DNA from: Azolla caroliniana
Taxonomy: Eukaryota; Plantae; Polypodiophyta
DNA: 64,000 nucleotides
Assembly (NCBI GenBank): GCA_043228905.1
Contig: JBHGNT010000010.1
Coordinates: 1,302,001 to 1,366,000, forward strand
Direction of reading: 5' to 3'
Shown here: in pieces, positions 37,238-50,603 of the stretch
Position numbering within the stretch: position 1 is the stretch's first letter
How the letters are laid out: every line of letters begins with the position of its first letter
Position numbers and translations under genes: made by a program
The notes under the pieces: model-generated
Database searches by the model: none
The model's input: the letters and a program-made list of their open reading frames with translations, nothing else
What the model was told of the DNA's origin: nothing

Positions 37238-39157
37238 CATCTGCTCGAACTTGGCAGTCAGCACCGGATGGTCATATATAATGGTTTAGCCAAGTGGGCA
37301 GGCTCAGAAGAGCTCACATGTTTCCCACATGGAGTAGGGGAAAGCACAGTCGATTATCTAATAAGATGCCCTGAAGCTACCCACATGGTTAAATCCTTCT
37401 GGGTGGCCCCATGCCCTATTGGCACAGACCATAGTTTCTTATACTTCGAGCTAAAATGTGATATCTCTAAGGTCACCAACTCTAGTCAACCACACCACAA
37501 TACATTTCACACATGAGCTCTCTGACATATACTCTTGACATGTTCAAGCCCATCTTTCCTCCCTTGATCCTTCCCTACCTTTCGAAAGCCTTAGTATGAA
37601 ACTCACACACATCCTTCACTCCGAAGCAGTTAGCAGTTTCCCATATACAAAACACTCAAATCAAGGTAGATCAAGATCTATGCCACAATATAAATGGTAT
37701 GATGAGGATTGTAGGGACTTACATAGACAACTTACAATATCGCAACTCAGTGTTATTATTACCTCAATACAAGCTTGCAAGGAAATGTGCAAGATGACAC
37801 GTCGTAAGAGACGAGTGTGGGAGGCATCCCAATATTGGGAACTCTACCATATTCTAATTAGTAGTGATTGTGCCACGTCATGGAAGAGACTACGGGAGCC
37901 AAGACCTCAAACACCCATTGAAGAACCTGAAATTTGGCACACATATACAGAGGGACTTTATCAAATCCCAAACCAACCACCCATTCCAATGCTTTCCACA
38001 CCCCGGCCTAACATGGGGACACTTTTCACGACCTCTAGGGTCGCGAAGGTCATAAAGAAATTACAACATAGGAAGTCCATGGACCACATAGGATTGCGAG
38101 CAGAACACATTATATATGCGAGAGAGTGCCTAGCTCCCTTGCTAACTCTAATCTTCAATCGTGCCCTTGCGGAGGGTTTTCCACCATAATGGACTATGAA
38201 CACAGTGGTCCCCATACATAAAGGGGGGGACCCCATGGACCCAAATACATATAGGACCATTATGATAGGTCATACACTTGCTAAATTATATGGTGCAGTA
38301 ATGGAAGCAGAGCTTAGCGATTATATGGAGACCCTAAATCTTCGTGCACTTGAACAGGCTGGCTTTAGACGAGCCTTCTCCACTATTGATCATATCTTCA
38401 CACTTAGATGCTTAATTGACCAAACTAAGGCTCGCAAGAAGAAATTATATTGCTGTTTTGTGGACTTCCGCAAAGCCTTTGACACAAACCCTAGAGAGCG
38501 GTTGTTTGATAGGCTTAAAAGCTTGAGAATACCAGATGATTTTGTCTGGGCCATCTACGCACTATATGAACAGGTGCCTGGGTGTGTCCGATGCCCAAGT
38601 GGCCTATCTAATTGTTTCACTAGCACTATTGGTGTAAAACAAGGTTGCCCCCTATCACCGACACTTTTTGGGATCTACATTGATAAGATCACATATTTTA
38701 TTGCTCATAAGGGAGGCAACGGAGTAGTCCTTGGGGATATGCAGGTTCGTATCTTGCTCTATGTAGATGACATAGTTTTGCTCTCTGAATCCGAACACGA
38801 CCTACAAAGGCACATTAATGCCTTAGATGACTTTTGTGCACAACGAGGATTGGTAGTGAATCTAGGGACAACTAAAGTCCTCATCTTTGACACATTGGCC
38901 CAAGTTAGAGCTAAGTGTCACCTAACTATCTCTCATAGCCTAGTTGAGGTGGTTGGATCATATGTCTATCTCGGAGTCACTTTCAGTGCCCACTCACGTA
39001 AATTTGACACAAGCAGCGAAGGATAGACTTACGAGAGGACATGCATCCCTCTCACTACTTGAGAGACAATGCCACCAAGCATACTTTCAAGAGCCACAGA
39101 CTAAAGGGTGGCTATTTGACTCATTAGTGATCCCCTCCCTCATGTATGCATCCGCGG
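37238..39157 (+). mobile_element. LINE segment 2: end of endonuclease and RT
   Basis: STVDYL, TDH, EQAGFR, FVDFRKAFD, GVKQGCPLSP, LYVDD, YLG. Confidence 0.92.
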
Positions 39158-40302
39158 TGTCGTGGCGTGGCTCGCCTAGAAGCATAGCGTTGCGTAGACA
39201 AAAGATATCGTGAAAGTGAGGAAGGAATCACTGGGATTATGGACGGAAGAGACGAAAGAGTAGAGATAGATAAATAGTGATCAACAAGATATGACAAGAT
39301 AGGATATAGAATGATATTTGAAGCAATAAAAGAGATTTATAATTATTTGATGAAAGAGTTACAAAAGTAGTTGTTCACGTCGTTGAACCTCCGAACTTTG
39401 TCTTGCAAGGTAATCGCTCTTCTCTTTCTTGATCGTAGACCACTACAATCTTCACTTCAATATTTTAATGAAGATAAGGCTCGAACCGCCTCCCTCTTGT
39501 TGAGAGTTGACCACCACGACCGCCAAGCTAGAGCTCCACCTTTATCTTGAACTTCTTCCTTTCTTTCTCTATTTTATGGTATCTCTTATGTAATACATAA
39601 TTTGATTGATATCTCATACATATCTCCCTTTGATCTTCTCTTTCACCATTTAAATAGGTGCCCCCATGCATATGATGCATTGGAGGGTACAAATCATGCA
39701 TGTAGTGCATGAAATGCATGTGATGCATGATCGCCATTTGGCGTTCATGCATTACATGTGATGCATGATAAACATCTCGCTCATTTGAGCTTTTATGTAT
39801 GAAACAATATATGCAATAACAATAAACATGAAAACATAATCTTAAAGAGAAAGGGCCTAGCCTAATGGTAGGTGTGTTGACTTTAGTGTATGAGGTTGTG
39901 GGTTTGAGTCTCAAAATACTATTGAATACAACATGCAACTTTATTTTTATATCATGAAGCAAATCCTTTATGTAATATAAAGTATATATAAAGTATGCTT
40001 TATTTTATGAATATTATTAGTGTAGAGTAAATGGTAAGATTTGAGAGTCATAGGGTGGGGTTATTGGTTCAAGTCCTCTCTTGTTCGTGTAATATAATAT
40101 ATTTATCTATATATATATATATTATTTTTCTTTACATATATATAATATTATCATATGTGTTGTTAATATTATCTTTATATATAAAACATTATCAAATGTT
40201 ATTTTAGTTACGTATTTATCTTATTGTAGACTTTTAATGTGAAGCTTTCGTACTTCACGACATCCACCCCCTCTAGACCTGCACATCCTCCGGCATGTGC
40301 CA

Positions 40303-43300
40303 CTATCTTTCATCTTCATGTTGATCTATTGGAGGAGGTTCAAGCTCAAACCTTTTCTTAAATACTTTTATCTTCTTTCCAGCTACCACGTTTAGGATTA
40401 GTGTCCCATCCAATTCACTAAGCTTATAAGTAAAGTTATCATATACTTTTCTTACTATATAAGGCCCAAACCATCTTTCAGCGAACTTGAGGACGGTGCT
40501 ATGTTGATTATCTAAACTGCTATCATACACGAGCACCCAATCTCCTTTTTCTATTTTCTTAGGTCGAATTCTATGACTTTTATCAAAACGGATTTTATTC
40601 TTTAGTCGAGCCTCCTTCAATCGTTGGGTTGCTATTTCTATATCTTCAGGTCGACGCTCTAATTGTTGAATTCGCAAAGCAAGCAATTCTTCTCTGCTCA
40701 CCTCTTCTCTCCATGGAATAGATATCCATGACATAATTGATTCTTCTATCGGCATGATGGGCTTTTGGCCAAGTATCAATTCAGCTGGCATGTACCCTGT
40801 TACTGAACTATGAGTTGTTCGATCCGCCCATAGTGCATAAGGTAGCATGCGTGGCCAATCTCTTATTTTACCTTTACAGCTTTTCACGATTGCCTTAACT
40901 ATTGGGCTATGTCCTCTTTCAATCTTTCCATTGGCTTCTGGATTATATGCAGTTGTAAGTGATAATTTGACCCCTATTCGGCTGAAGAATTCTCTAGCTT
41001 CATCAGAGTCGAGTTCTCCTCTATCTGCAATTATTTTACCAACACACCCATAACGACATATTACATCTTCTAACAAAAATTTACATACAGCTCTAGTTGT
41101 TTTTTGTCGTAGTGGTCTTCCTTCTACTTGGTTTGTAAGGTCTTCTCTTGCTAGTACTAAATATCGCATTTGACCTTCCCCAAGTGGCATTGTCACTAGA
41201 TCGACCATCCATTTATAATGCATTGATGATGAATATGTTGGTTTTAGCTCATCTCGATACCGGATAGTTGAATACCTCTGGCAAACCTCACAGGTTTCCA
41301 CAAATTTCGTTACATCTTTATACATATGTGGCCACCAATACTTTTCTTTCAACTTCATAAATGTCGCCCATATGCCTCTATGTCCTGCCCACAAACTATC
41401 ATGGAATTCATTAATTAATTTTCTCTTAATGTCATCCTTACAAATGACTCGAAGAGGATTTTCGGTTGGCCTTTTTGGACGCCTCCATAAATGCCCTTCA
41501 TGTAAAAAAAACTTGAATGCTCGTCTTCGAAATTCATTTAATTGTTTCTTCGACCATGATGGGTTGGCTTCTTGAGTCTTTAGAAAATTTCCTATTTCGA
41601 ACCATTGACCTTCATACTCTGTGTCTTTGAACATTATACTTACATTAAACTCATCATGAGGCGTAATAGATTCTTGATGAGCAAATTGATGGCTTGTAGT
41701 TGCCCAGTTCTTATATTCAGTTTGCATCACCTTTTCATTTATGAACCTGGCCCTTGACAGCATATCTGCAACTGGGTTGTCTTTTCCCTTTATATGCCGC
41801 AATTCTGGGTTCATGGTTCTGATGTATGCAATCCACCGAAGCATTGCAATATCTGGTGTCGTGCAACTTGCTATCATTCCAATGAGTGGCAAACAATCTG
41901 TTTCAACCACTACATCTGCTCCGATCAAGTAATCTCTATCTGTTTTTAATGCAGTAAGCAAACCCCACAATTCTCGTTTAACTTGTGCATAGTTTCTTTG
42001 TCTTTCATTTAATATCTTTGCTCCAAATCTAATAGCATATCGATGTTGGTCTTCATCTTCTTGGTTGATAACCCAACCGATCCCGATTGGGCTAGTATCA
42101 ACTGTTACTATAATTGGTCTTTCACCTTTGTAGTCTGGTTGGCAAAGAACTAGTGCTTTCAGTAATGCTTCTTTCAGTTGTTGAACAACTTGTGTATGTT
42201 CATCAATCCAAATAAACTTCTTTCCTTTTCTTAAAAGTTGGTAGAGAGGATCTGAGACATGTGCAAAGTGTGGTAACCAAATATGATAAAACACACATGC
42301 ACCCAAAAATCTTCTCACCTCTGTTACCGAGTCACAAACTTCCTTCATATTTTGTATTGCATTAATTTTGATCGGTGAAGGCTTCCTCCCATACCACCCA
42401 CACATATGACCAACTATTAGAACTTCGTTTTGCCCAAAGCAAGACTTTGTTCCTGATAGTGTCAAATGTACCTGCTCAAGCTTATTTAAAATACTTTCAC
42501 AGTCATTAATGTGATCCATCACAAACTTTCTGCAACCATTTCCAACCATAGTCTCATCTTTCTCTCTTTCTAAGCATCCCTTAATAGGAATATCATCTAA
42601 AAATGGCATAGTTACCTTTGGGATGTACTCATGTAGAACCTTGTTCATTGCATTCATCATATGAGCAACTGAATTTGTCGCACCTTGAGGTAGAGTGCAC
42701 ATTCAAACCAACCCAATTGGTGTTTTCATTGTTGTGATATTGCGACTATCAATTGCTAGTTGAAATTGGTTGTATCCTGAATATAGGTCTCCCACAGAGT
42801 AAATCGCTCTTCCAGCAAACGCTTCCGCAAATTCATCAACGATCGGTCCGATTCCTGCATTTCGGATTGTGACCTTGTTGACTGGTTGTAGATCTTGAAT
42901 GAATCTTAGAGAACCATCTTTCTTTGGAACTGTGAACCATCTATTGGAGTATGGTGCATTTGAAGGCTCTAAAATCTTCATCTTGACTTTATCCTTCAGC
43001 AGCTCCAACAATTGAGGTAATCGAGCTCTCGGTACTGCAATAGGTTTAAAATTCCAAGGAATATGAGGGATAGTAAATATTACCATTGGCGTCACCACCT
43101 TTGGATTTACACAACCAATATCCTCAGCTTTGAATGCGAACGCTTTCCCATGCCTAAAGATCATTTATTTGAAAGTCGCGATCTCTGATTGTAGAAGAAA
43201 TTCACCCCTTCCGATTCTCAAGTTATTTATTGTCTCCGAAGTGAAGTGATGTCCAATCTTCTCTATTGGTCGAAGCATAGGCTCAGTTGCTGCTGCCTCC

Positions 43301-43765
43301 ATCTTCTCTTCACTACCAATAGGTAATGGTACTGCAGCAAGTTTGACCTTTTTATCTATTGTTTTGTATTTTGTATTACATAAACTTTCTACTTCTTCAT
43401 ATTTACAATTATACCTATCAATCTCATAATACATATCAATTGAGTTTACATGTATCTTTCTAACATTCTCATCATCTTCTTTCAAATACATTTCTAACTC
43501 TTCTAAAGTATTTGCAAAAGAAATTTCTTCCATAACACTTTCAATCTGCTCTTCCATTTCAAGTACTCCATTATCCTTCAATGCCTGCTGAAACAGATTA
43601 GCATTCTTTTTCAAGTTCCTCTTGCATTCATACATCCTAGTCACACATATAGCACCACTTTCAGAAACATGAAATGACTTATTCATATGTTGTAATGCCC
43701 TATATGAGGGTCTTTTAATAATGGGACTATTGCAACCCTCACTCACAACAGTCCTAGTCAAAAAC
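40303..43765 (-). pseudogene. pol: B unit 1 pol with in-frame stops at 42703 and 43165
   Basis: ORFs 43165, 42703 and 40303 are in one frame and together match A1 Pol. Confidence 0.92.
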
Positions 43766-45946
43766 CTGATTATCAAAATCATCACAGTCTTTTGGTATTA
43801 AATGATCACGAAGCTCTTGCTTGTTCCTCTCATGATTTGGGCGAACTGTCATAAATTGTACAGTTCGTCGTCCATCTTGGCTATGGATTTTCGCATAGGC
43901 AGAACCATTGTCGAGGACTTTGGTCTCCATTCGTACCGCTGTAATGTATGGTTGCCCTAGGATTATTGGATAGGTAGATCCTTCCTGCACAAAGAAATGT
44001 TGATCTACCTCTATATCACCAATAGTAACCTTTACATTTGGGCATGCACCAAATAAATCTTCCGTGACTGATGTGGCAGCTTTTACTCGCCAACCATGTT
44101 GAGTATCAATTGGCCATCTACCTTTCCTGTAAAAATCAGCACTCATTATATTTATTTCAGAACCATGATCAATAAGTGCCATCACGGGGTCTGGAACATT
44201 TCCAATCTTCACATGATGCTCAGTAGTGGCTCTTGCCCAACATTTGAGAGAGTAATGGCTTCTTACATCTGTTGAATTTATCATTGAGGTTGATGCATGT
44301 TGAGAGTCAACAACAATATTGTTTGACTCGTTGCTCACCACTTCATATGCCACCTTCGGATTTGTCTCTTTAACCTGCTCATTTACTTGCTTCTTTCTTC
44401 GCACAATATCAATTATTTCATCATGAAATTCCTTTTTTGCAATACCTAATACTTCTCTTAGTGTAAATTCTACTCGACTGTCTAGTATTCTTGTTTCTAA
44501 AACTTTCTTTAAATCTGTATCCTTTTCAATATCAGACATTAATTTGAAAGAAGGACCAGATTTACCTTTTTCAACTTTTGCGTCCATCTCTTTTCTTTTG
44601 CTTTCTCTTGTTTCATGCTTTTTGGTTGAGCCAATCTCATCATCCGATCTTTTCCTTTTTTCTTCCACTATCACCTCATGCTCTTGGTGTTCTGCCATTT
44701 GAGCATAGACTGTCATAACATCTACTGGAACATCCCATCTAGTGTTTTTCCTCACAGAATCTCCGGCAACACGAAGGTCTTCCATCTTCATCTTTTGTTT
44801 TTGTGCGGTACTTACAACCTTCTCCCAGAATGGTGATCGGGATGGCATGTCATCGAGGCGCACCCCTGCCGTTGCCGAGTAGTACATTGCGGAAGCCTTC
44901 TTTGCTTCAGCTTCTTCAAATTTAACCTTAACACCACCATCACCAAAGTTCTTTGTAAGCGGAGATCTAGTTTCAGTTAAGTAAATGTTACCATTTTTCC
45001 AATAGACCAAGTCTCGATTTTCCATGTCTTTATATTCCGCACAATCACGTAATCGATGTTCGAGGCTATCACACCACATGCATCGAGGTCGAAATGGTTC
45101 CCTTGACCTCGAAGTCTGACCATTCTCAAGCTTTGCCACTTTAATTGTTAGATCTTTCATACTTTGAACTAAATCATCAAGCAAAGACTCACTCTTAGTT
45201 TCGATCATTTCTCGTGGTTGATGGACCATTTCGTGTGATGGTTCTCGACCAAGTCTTTGAACTTCGATGTTTTGCTCAAGCCGATTTGTGATTCCCACAT
45301 GTGGTATTTGTAGCATTGCACCATTCCTTTGCATTCTTTTCATAAATTTATTACAAGCATTTGTTACCTCATTCCAATCTGCAGTTATACCATCCTCAGT
45401 ATTTGGTACTTCAAGCATGAATTCCAATTCTTTTCTATATCTCTTGTCAACTGCCTGCAAAAATAAAGCAACCTTTTGCCAAGACAAAGAATTTCTTTCT
45501 TCTGGCTTTAGGTGTCCATACATCCTATCAAACTCTTTTTTTGTGTCAGACACAGATAACCCTTTATCTTCTTTTAAGATCCATTCATGAAATGAACGCA
45601 TAGTAACTCGAGAGAAATCCTCACGAGCATATTCAGACACAAGTGCTTCTTTGAATGCATTCCAATCCAAACTATGCAATGCTTGTATTTCATGAATTCT
45701 ATCTCTTAATTCCATGTCCACTAATTTATAAAAGTTTGCTATCATATTGACATCATTTATACCAAAGATTTCCATTTCATCATAATATATATTCACATAC
45801 TTCGAAATATTTGTGCCATCAAACATACCAATCTTCTCTCGGACTTCTCGTAAGGCATGAAATAATCGATCTTGATTCAACTTTTCAATAAACAACATTA
45901 CCGGATCAATTGTACTCGTACTTGCCATGTTGATGTTGATCTTCAC
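43754..45946 (-). CDS. gag: B unit 1 Gag-protease (likely ATG at 45928, MASTST)
   Basis: CMWCDSLEHRLRDC; LIDHGSE; aligns with A1 Gag-PR. Confidence 0.9.
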   Translation of the reverse strand: MKININMASTSTIDPVMLFIEKLNQDRLFHALREVREKIGMFDGTNISKYVNIYYDEMEIFGINDVNMIANFYKLVDMELRDRIHEIQALHSLDWNAFKEALVSEYAREDFSRVTMRSFHEWILKEDKGLSVSDTKKEFDRMYGHLKPEERNSLSWQKVALFLQAVDKRYRKELEFMLEVPNTEDGITADWNEVTNACNKFMKRMQRNGAMLQIPHVGITNRLEQNIEVQRLGREPSHEMVHQPREMIETKSESLLDDLVQSMKDLTIKVAKLENGQTSRSREPFRPRCMWCDSLEHRLRDCAEYKDMENRDLVYWKNGNIYLTETRSPLTKNFGDGGVKVKFEEAEAKKASAMYYSATAGVRLDDMPSRSPFWEKVVSTAQKQKMKMEDLRVAGDSVRKNTRWDVPVDVMTVYAQMAEHQEHEVIVEEKRKRSDDEIGSTKKHETRESKRKEMDAKVEKGKSGPSFKLMSDIEKDTDLKKVLETRILDSRVEFTLREVLGIAKKEFHDEIIDIVRRKKQVNEQVKETNPKVAYEVVSNESNNIVVDSQHASTSMINSTDVRSHYSLKCWARATTEHHVKIGNVPDPVMALIDHGSEINIMSADFYRKGRWPIDTQHGWRVKAATSVTEDLFGACPNVKVTIGDIEVDQHFFVQEGSTYPIILGQPYITAVRMETKVLDNGSAYAKIHSQDGRRTVQFMTVRPNHERNKQELRDHLIPKDCDDFDNQVFD

Positions 45947-47140
45947 TTTAGATGTCTCTTCTACTTCCCCGTTTCACGTCGGGTTCACCAAATTGTGTCG
46001 TGGCGTGGCTCGCCTAGAAGCATAGCGTTGCGTAGACAAAAGATATCGTGAAAGTGAGGAAGGAATCACTGGGATTATGGACGGAAGAGACGAAAGAGTA
46101 GAGATAGATAAATAGTGATCAACAAGATATGACAAGATAGGATATAGAATGATATTTGAAGCAATAAAAGAGATTTATAATTATTTGATGAAAGAGTTAC
46201 AAAAGTAGTTGTTCACGTCGTTGAACCTCCGAACTTTGTCTTGCAAGGTAATCGCTCTTCTCTTTCTTGATCGTAGACCACTACAATCTTCACTTCAATA
46301 TTTTAATGAAGATAAGGCTCGAACCGCCTCCCTCTTGTTGAGAGTTGACCACCACGACCGCCAAGCTAGAGCTCCACCTTTATCTTGAACTTCTTCCTTT
46401 CTTTCTCTATTTTATGGTATCTCTTATGTAATACATAATTTGATTGATATCTCATACATATCTCCCTTTGATCTTCTCTTTCACCATTTAAATAGGTGCC
46501 CCCATGCATATGATGCATTGGAGGGTACAAATCATGCATGTAGTGCATGAAATGCATGTGATGCATGATCGCCATTTGGCGTTCATGCATTACATGTGAT
46601 GCATGATAAACATCTCGCTCATTTGAGCTTTTATGTATGAAACAATATATGCAATAACAATAAACATGAAAACATAATCTTAAAGAGAAAGGGCCTAGCC
46701 TAATGGTAGGTGTGTTGACTTTAGTGTATGAGGTTGTGGGTTTGAGTCTCAAAATACTATTGAATACAACATGCAACTTTATTTTTATATCATGAAGCAA
46801 ATCCTTTATGTAATATAAAGTATATATAAAGTATGCTTTATTTTATGAATATTATTAGTGTAGAGTAAATGGTAAGATTTGAGAGTCATAGGGTGGGGTT
46901 ATTGGTTCAAGTCCTCTCTTGTTCGTGTAATATAATATATTTATCTATATATATATATATTATTTTTCTTTACATATATATAATATTATCATATGTGTTG
47001 TTAATATTATCTTTATATATAAAACATTATCAAATGTTATTTTAGTTACGTATTTATCTTATTGTAGACTTTTAATGTGAAGCTTTCGTACTTCACGACA
47101 TCCACCCCCTCTAGACCTGCACATCCTCCGGCATGTGCCA

Positions 47141-50100
47141 CTATCTTTCATCTTCATGTTGATCTATTGGAGGAGGTTCAAGCTCAAACCTTTTCTTAAA
47201 TACTTTTATCTTCTTTCCAGCTACCACGTTTAGGATTAGTGTCCCATCCAATTCACTAAGCTTATAAGTAAAGTTATCATATACTTTTCTTACTATATAA
47301 GGCCCAAACCATCTTTCAGCGAACTTGAGGACGGTGCTATGTTGATTATCTAAACTGCTATCATACACGAGCACCCAATCTCCTTTTTCTATTTTCTTAG
47401 GTCGAATTCTATGACTTTTATCAAAACGGATTTTATTCTTTAGTCGAGCCTCCTTCAATCGTTGGGTTGCTATTTCTATATCTTCAGGTCGACGCTCTAA
47501 TTGTTGAATTCGCAAAGCAAGCAATTCTTCTCTGCTCACCTCTTCTCTCCATGGAATAGATATCCATGACATAATTGATTCTTCTATCGGCATGATGGGC
47601 TTTTGGCCAAGTATCAATTCAGCTGGCATGTACCCTGTTACTGAACTATGAGTTGTTCGATCCGCCCATAGTGCATAAGGTAGCATGCGTGGCCAATCTC
47701 TTATTTTACCTTTACAGCTTTTCACGATTGCCTTAACTATTGGGCTATGTCCTCTTTCAATCTTTCCATTGGCTTCTGGATTATATGCAGTTGTAAGTGA
47801 TAATTTGACCCCTATTCGGCTGAAGAATTCTCTAGCTTCATCAGAGTCGAGTTCTCCTCTATCTGCAATTATTTTACCAACACACCCATAACGACATATT
47901 ACATCTTCTAACAAAAATTTACATACAGCTCTAGTTGTTTTTTGTCGTAGTGGTCTTCCTTCTACTTGGTTTGTAAGGTCTTCTCTTGCTAGTACTAAAT
48001 ATCGCATTTGACCTTCCCCAAGTGGCATTGTCACTAGATCGACCATCCATTTATAATGCATTGATGATGAATATGTTGGTTTTAGCTCATCTCGATACCG
48101 GATAGTTGAATACCTCTGGCAAACCTCACAGGTTTCCACAAATTTCGTTACATCTTTATACATATGTGGCCACCAATACTTTTCTTTCAACTTCATAAAT
48201 GTCGCCCATATGCCTCTATGTCCTGCCCACAAACTATCATGGAATTCATTAATTAATTTTCTCTTAATGTCATCCTTACAAATGACTCGAAGAGGATTTT
48301 CGGTTGGCCTTTTTGGACGCCTCCATAAATGCCCTTCATGTAAAAAAAACTTGAATGCTCGTCTTCGAAATTCATTTAATTGTTTCTTCGACCATGATGG
48401 GTTGGCTTCTTGAGTCTTTAGAAAATTTCCTATTTCGAACCATTGACCTTCATACTCTGTGTCTTTGAACATTATACTTACATTAAACTCATCATGAGGC
48501 GTAATAGATTCTTGATGAGCAAATTGATGGCTTGTAGTTGCCCAGTTCTTATATTCAGTTTGCATCACCTTTTCATTTATGAACCTGGCCCTTGACAGCA
48601 TATCTGCAACTGGGTTGTCTTTTCCCTTTATATGCCGCAATTCTGGGTTCATGGTTCTGATGTATGCAATCCACCGAAGCATTGCAATATCTGGTGTCGT
48701 GCAACTTGCTATCATTCCAATGAGTGGCAAACAATCTGTTTCAACCACTACATCTGCTCCGATCAAGTAATCTCTATCTGTTTTTAATGCAGTAAGCAAA
48801 CCCCACAATTCTCGTTTAACTTGTGCATAGTTTCTTTGTCTTTCATTTAATATCTTTGCTCCAAATCTAATAGCATATCGATGTTGGTCTTCATCTTCTT
48901 GGTTGATAACCCAACCGATCCCGATTGGGCTAGTATCAACTGTTACTATAATTGGTCTTTCACCTTTGTAGTCTGGTTGGCAAAGAACTAGTGCTTTCAG
49001 TAATGCTTCTTTCAGTTGTTGAACAACTTGTGTATGTTCATCAATCCAAATAAACTTCTTTCCTTTTCTTAAAAGTTGGTAGAGAGGATCTGAGACATGT
49101 GCAAAGTGTGGTAACCAAATATGATAAAACACACATGCACCCAAAAATCTTCTCACCTCTGTTACCGAGTCACAAACTTCCTTCATATTTTGTATTGCAT
49201 TAATTTTGATCGGTGAAGGCTTCCTCCCATACCACCCACACATATGACCAACTATTAGAACTTCGTTTTGCCCAAAGCAAGACTTTGTTCCTGATAGTGT
49301 CAAATGTACCTGCTCAAGCTTATTTAAAATACTTTCACAGTCATTAATGTGATCCATCACAAACTTTCTGCAACCATTTCCAACCATAGTCTCATCTTTC
49401 TCTCTTTCTAAGCATCCCTTAATAGGAATATCATCTAAAAATGGCATAGTTACCTTTGGGATGTACTCATGTAGAACCTTGTTCATTGCATTCATCATAT
49501 GAGCAACTGAATTTGTCGCACCTTGAGGTAGAGTGCACATTCAAACCAACCCAATTGGTGTTTTCATTGTTGTGATATTGCGACTATCAATTGCTAGTTG
49601 AAATTGGTTGTATCCTGAATATAGGTCTCCCACAGAGTAAATCGCTCTTCCAGCAAACGCTTCCGCAAATTCATCAACGATCGGTCCGATTCCTGCATTT
49701 CGGATTGTGACCTTGTTGACTGGTTGTAGATCTTGAATGAATCTTAGAGAACCATCTTTCTTTGGAACTGTGAACCATCTATTGGAGTATGGTGCATTTG
49801 AAGGCTCTAAAATCTTCATCTTGACTTTATCCTTCAGCAGCTCCAACAATTGAGGTAATCGAGCTCTCGGTACTGCAATAGGTTTAAAATTCCAAGGAAT
49901 ATGAGGGATAGTAAATATTACCATTGGCGTCACCACCTTTGGATTTACACAACCAATCTCCTCAGCTTTGAATGCGAACGCTTTCCCATGCCTAAAGATC
50001 ATTTATTTGAAAGTCGCGATCTCTGATTGTAGAAGAAATTCACCCCTTCCGATTCTCAAGTTATTTATTGTCTCCGAAGTGAAGTGATGTCCAATCTTCT

Positions 50101-50603
50101 CTATTGGTCGAAGCATAGGCTCAGTTGCTGCTGCCTCCATCTTCTCTTCACTACCAATAGGTAATGGTACTGCAGCAAGTTTGACCTTTTTATCTATTGT
50201 TTTGTATTTTGTATTACATAAACTTTCTACTTCTTCATATTTACAATTATACCTATCAATCTCATAATACATATCAATTGAGTTTACATGTATCTTTCTA
50301 ACATTCTCATCATCTTCTTTCAAATACATTTCTAACTCTTCTAAAGTATTTGCAAAAGAAATTTCTTCCATAACACTTTCAATCTGCTCTTCCATTTCAA
50401 GTACTCCATTATCCTTCAATGCCTGCTGAAACAGATTAGCATTCTTTTTCAAGTTCCTCTTGCATTCATACATCCTAGTCACACATATAGCACCACTTTC
50501 AGAAACATGAAATGACTTATTCATATGTTGTAATGCCCTATATGAGGGTCTTTTAATAATGGGACTATTGCAACCCTCACTCACAACAGTCCTAGTCAAA
50601 AAC
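47141..50603 (-). pseudogene. pol: B unit 2 pol with the same two stops (49541, 50003)
   Basis: Near-identical to unit 1. Confidence 0.92.

Noticed and set aside
39153-39158. 5-bp TSD GCGGT for element B
   Set aside because: Would need the LTR to begin GTCG and lose its TG and the TGTCG/CGACA symmetry; 4-bp GCGG fits, as in solo C
39528-39962. 144-aa His/Met-rich ORF in each B LTR
   Set aside because: Product of CATGCA promoter repeats; repeated only because the LTR is
39851-40085. Functional tRNA genes in the LTRs
   Set aside because: Acceptor and anticodon stems do not pair; reported only as tRNA-like A/B-box modules
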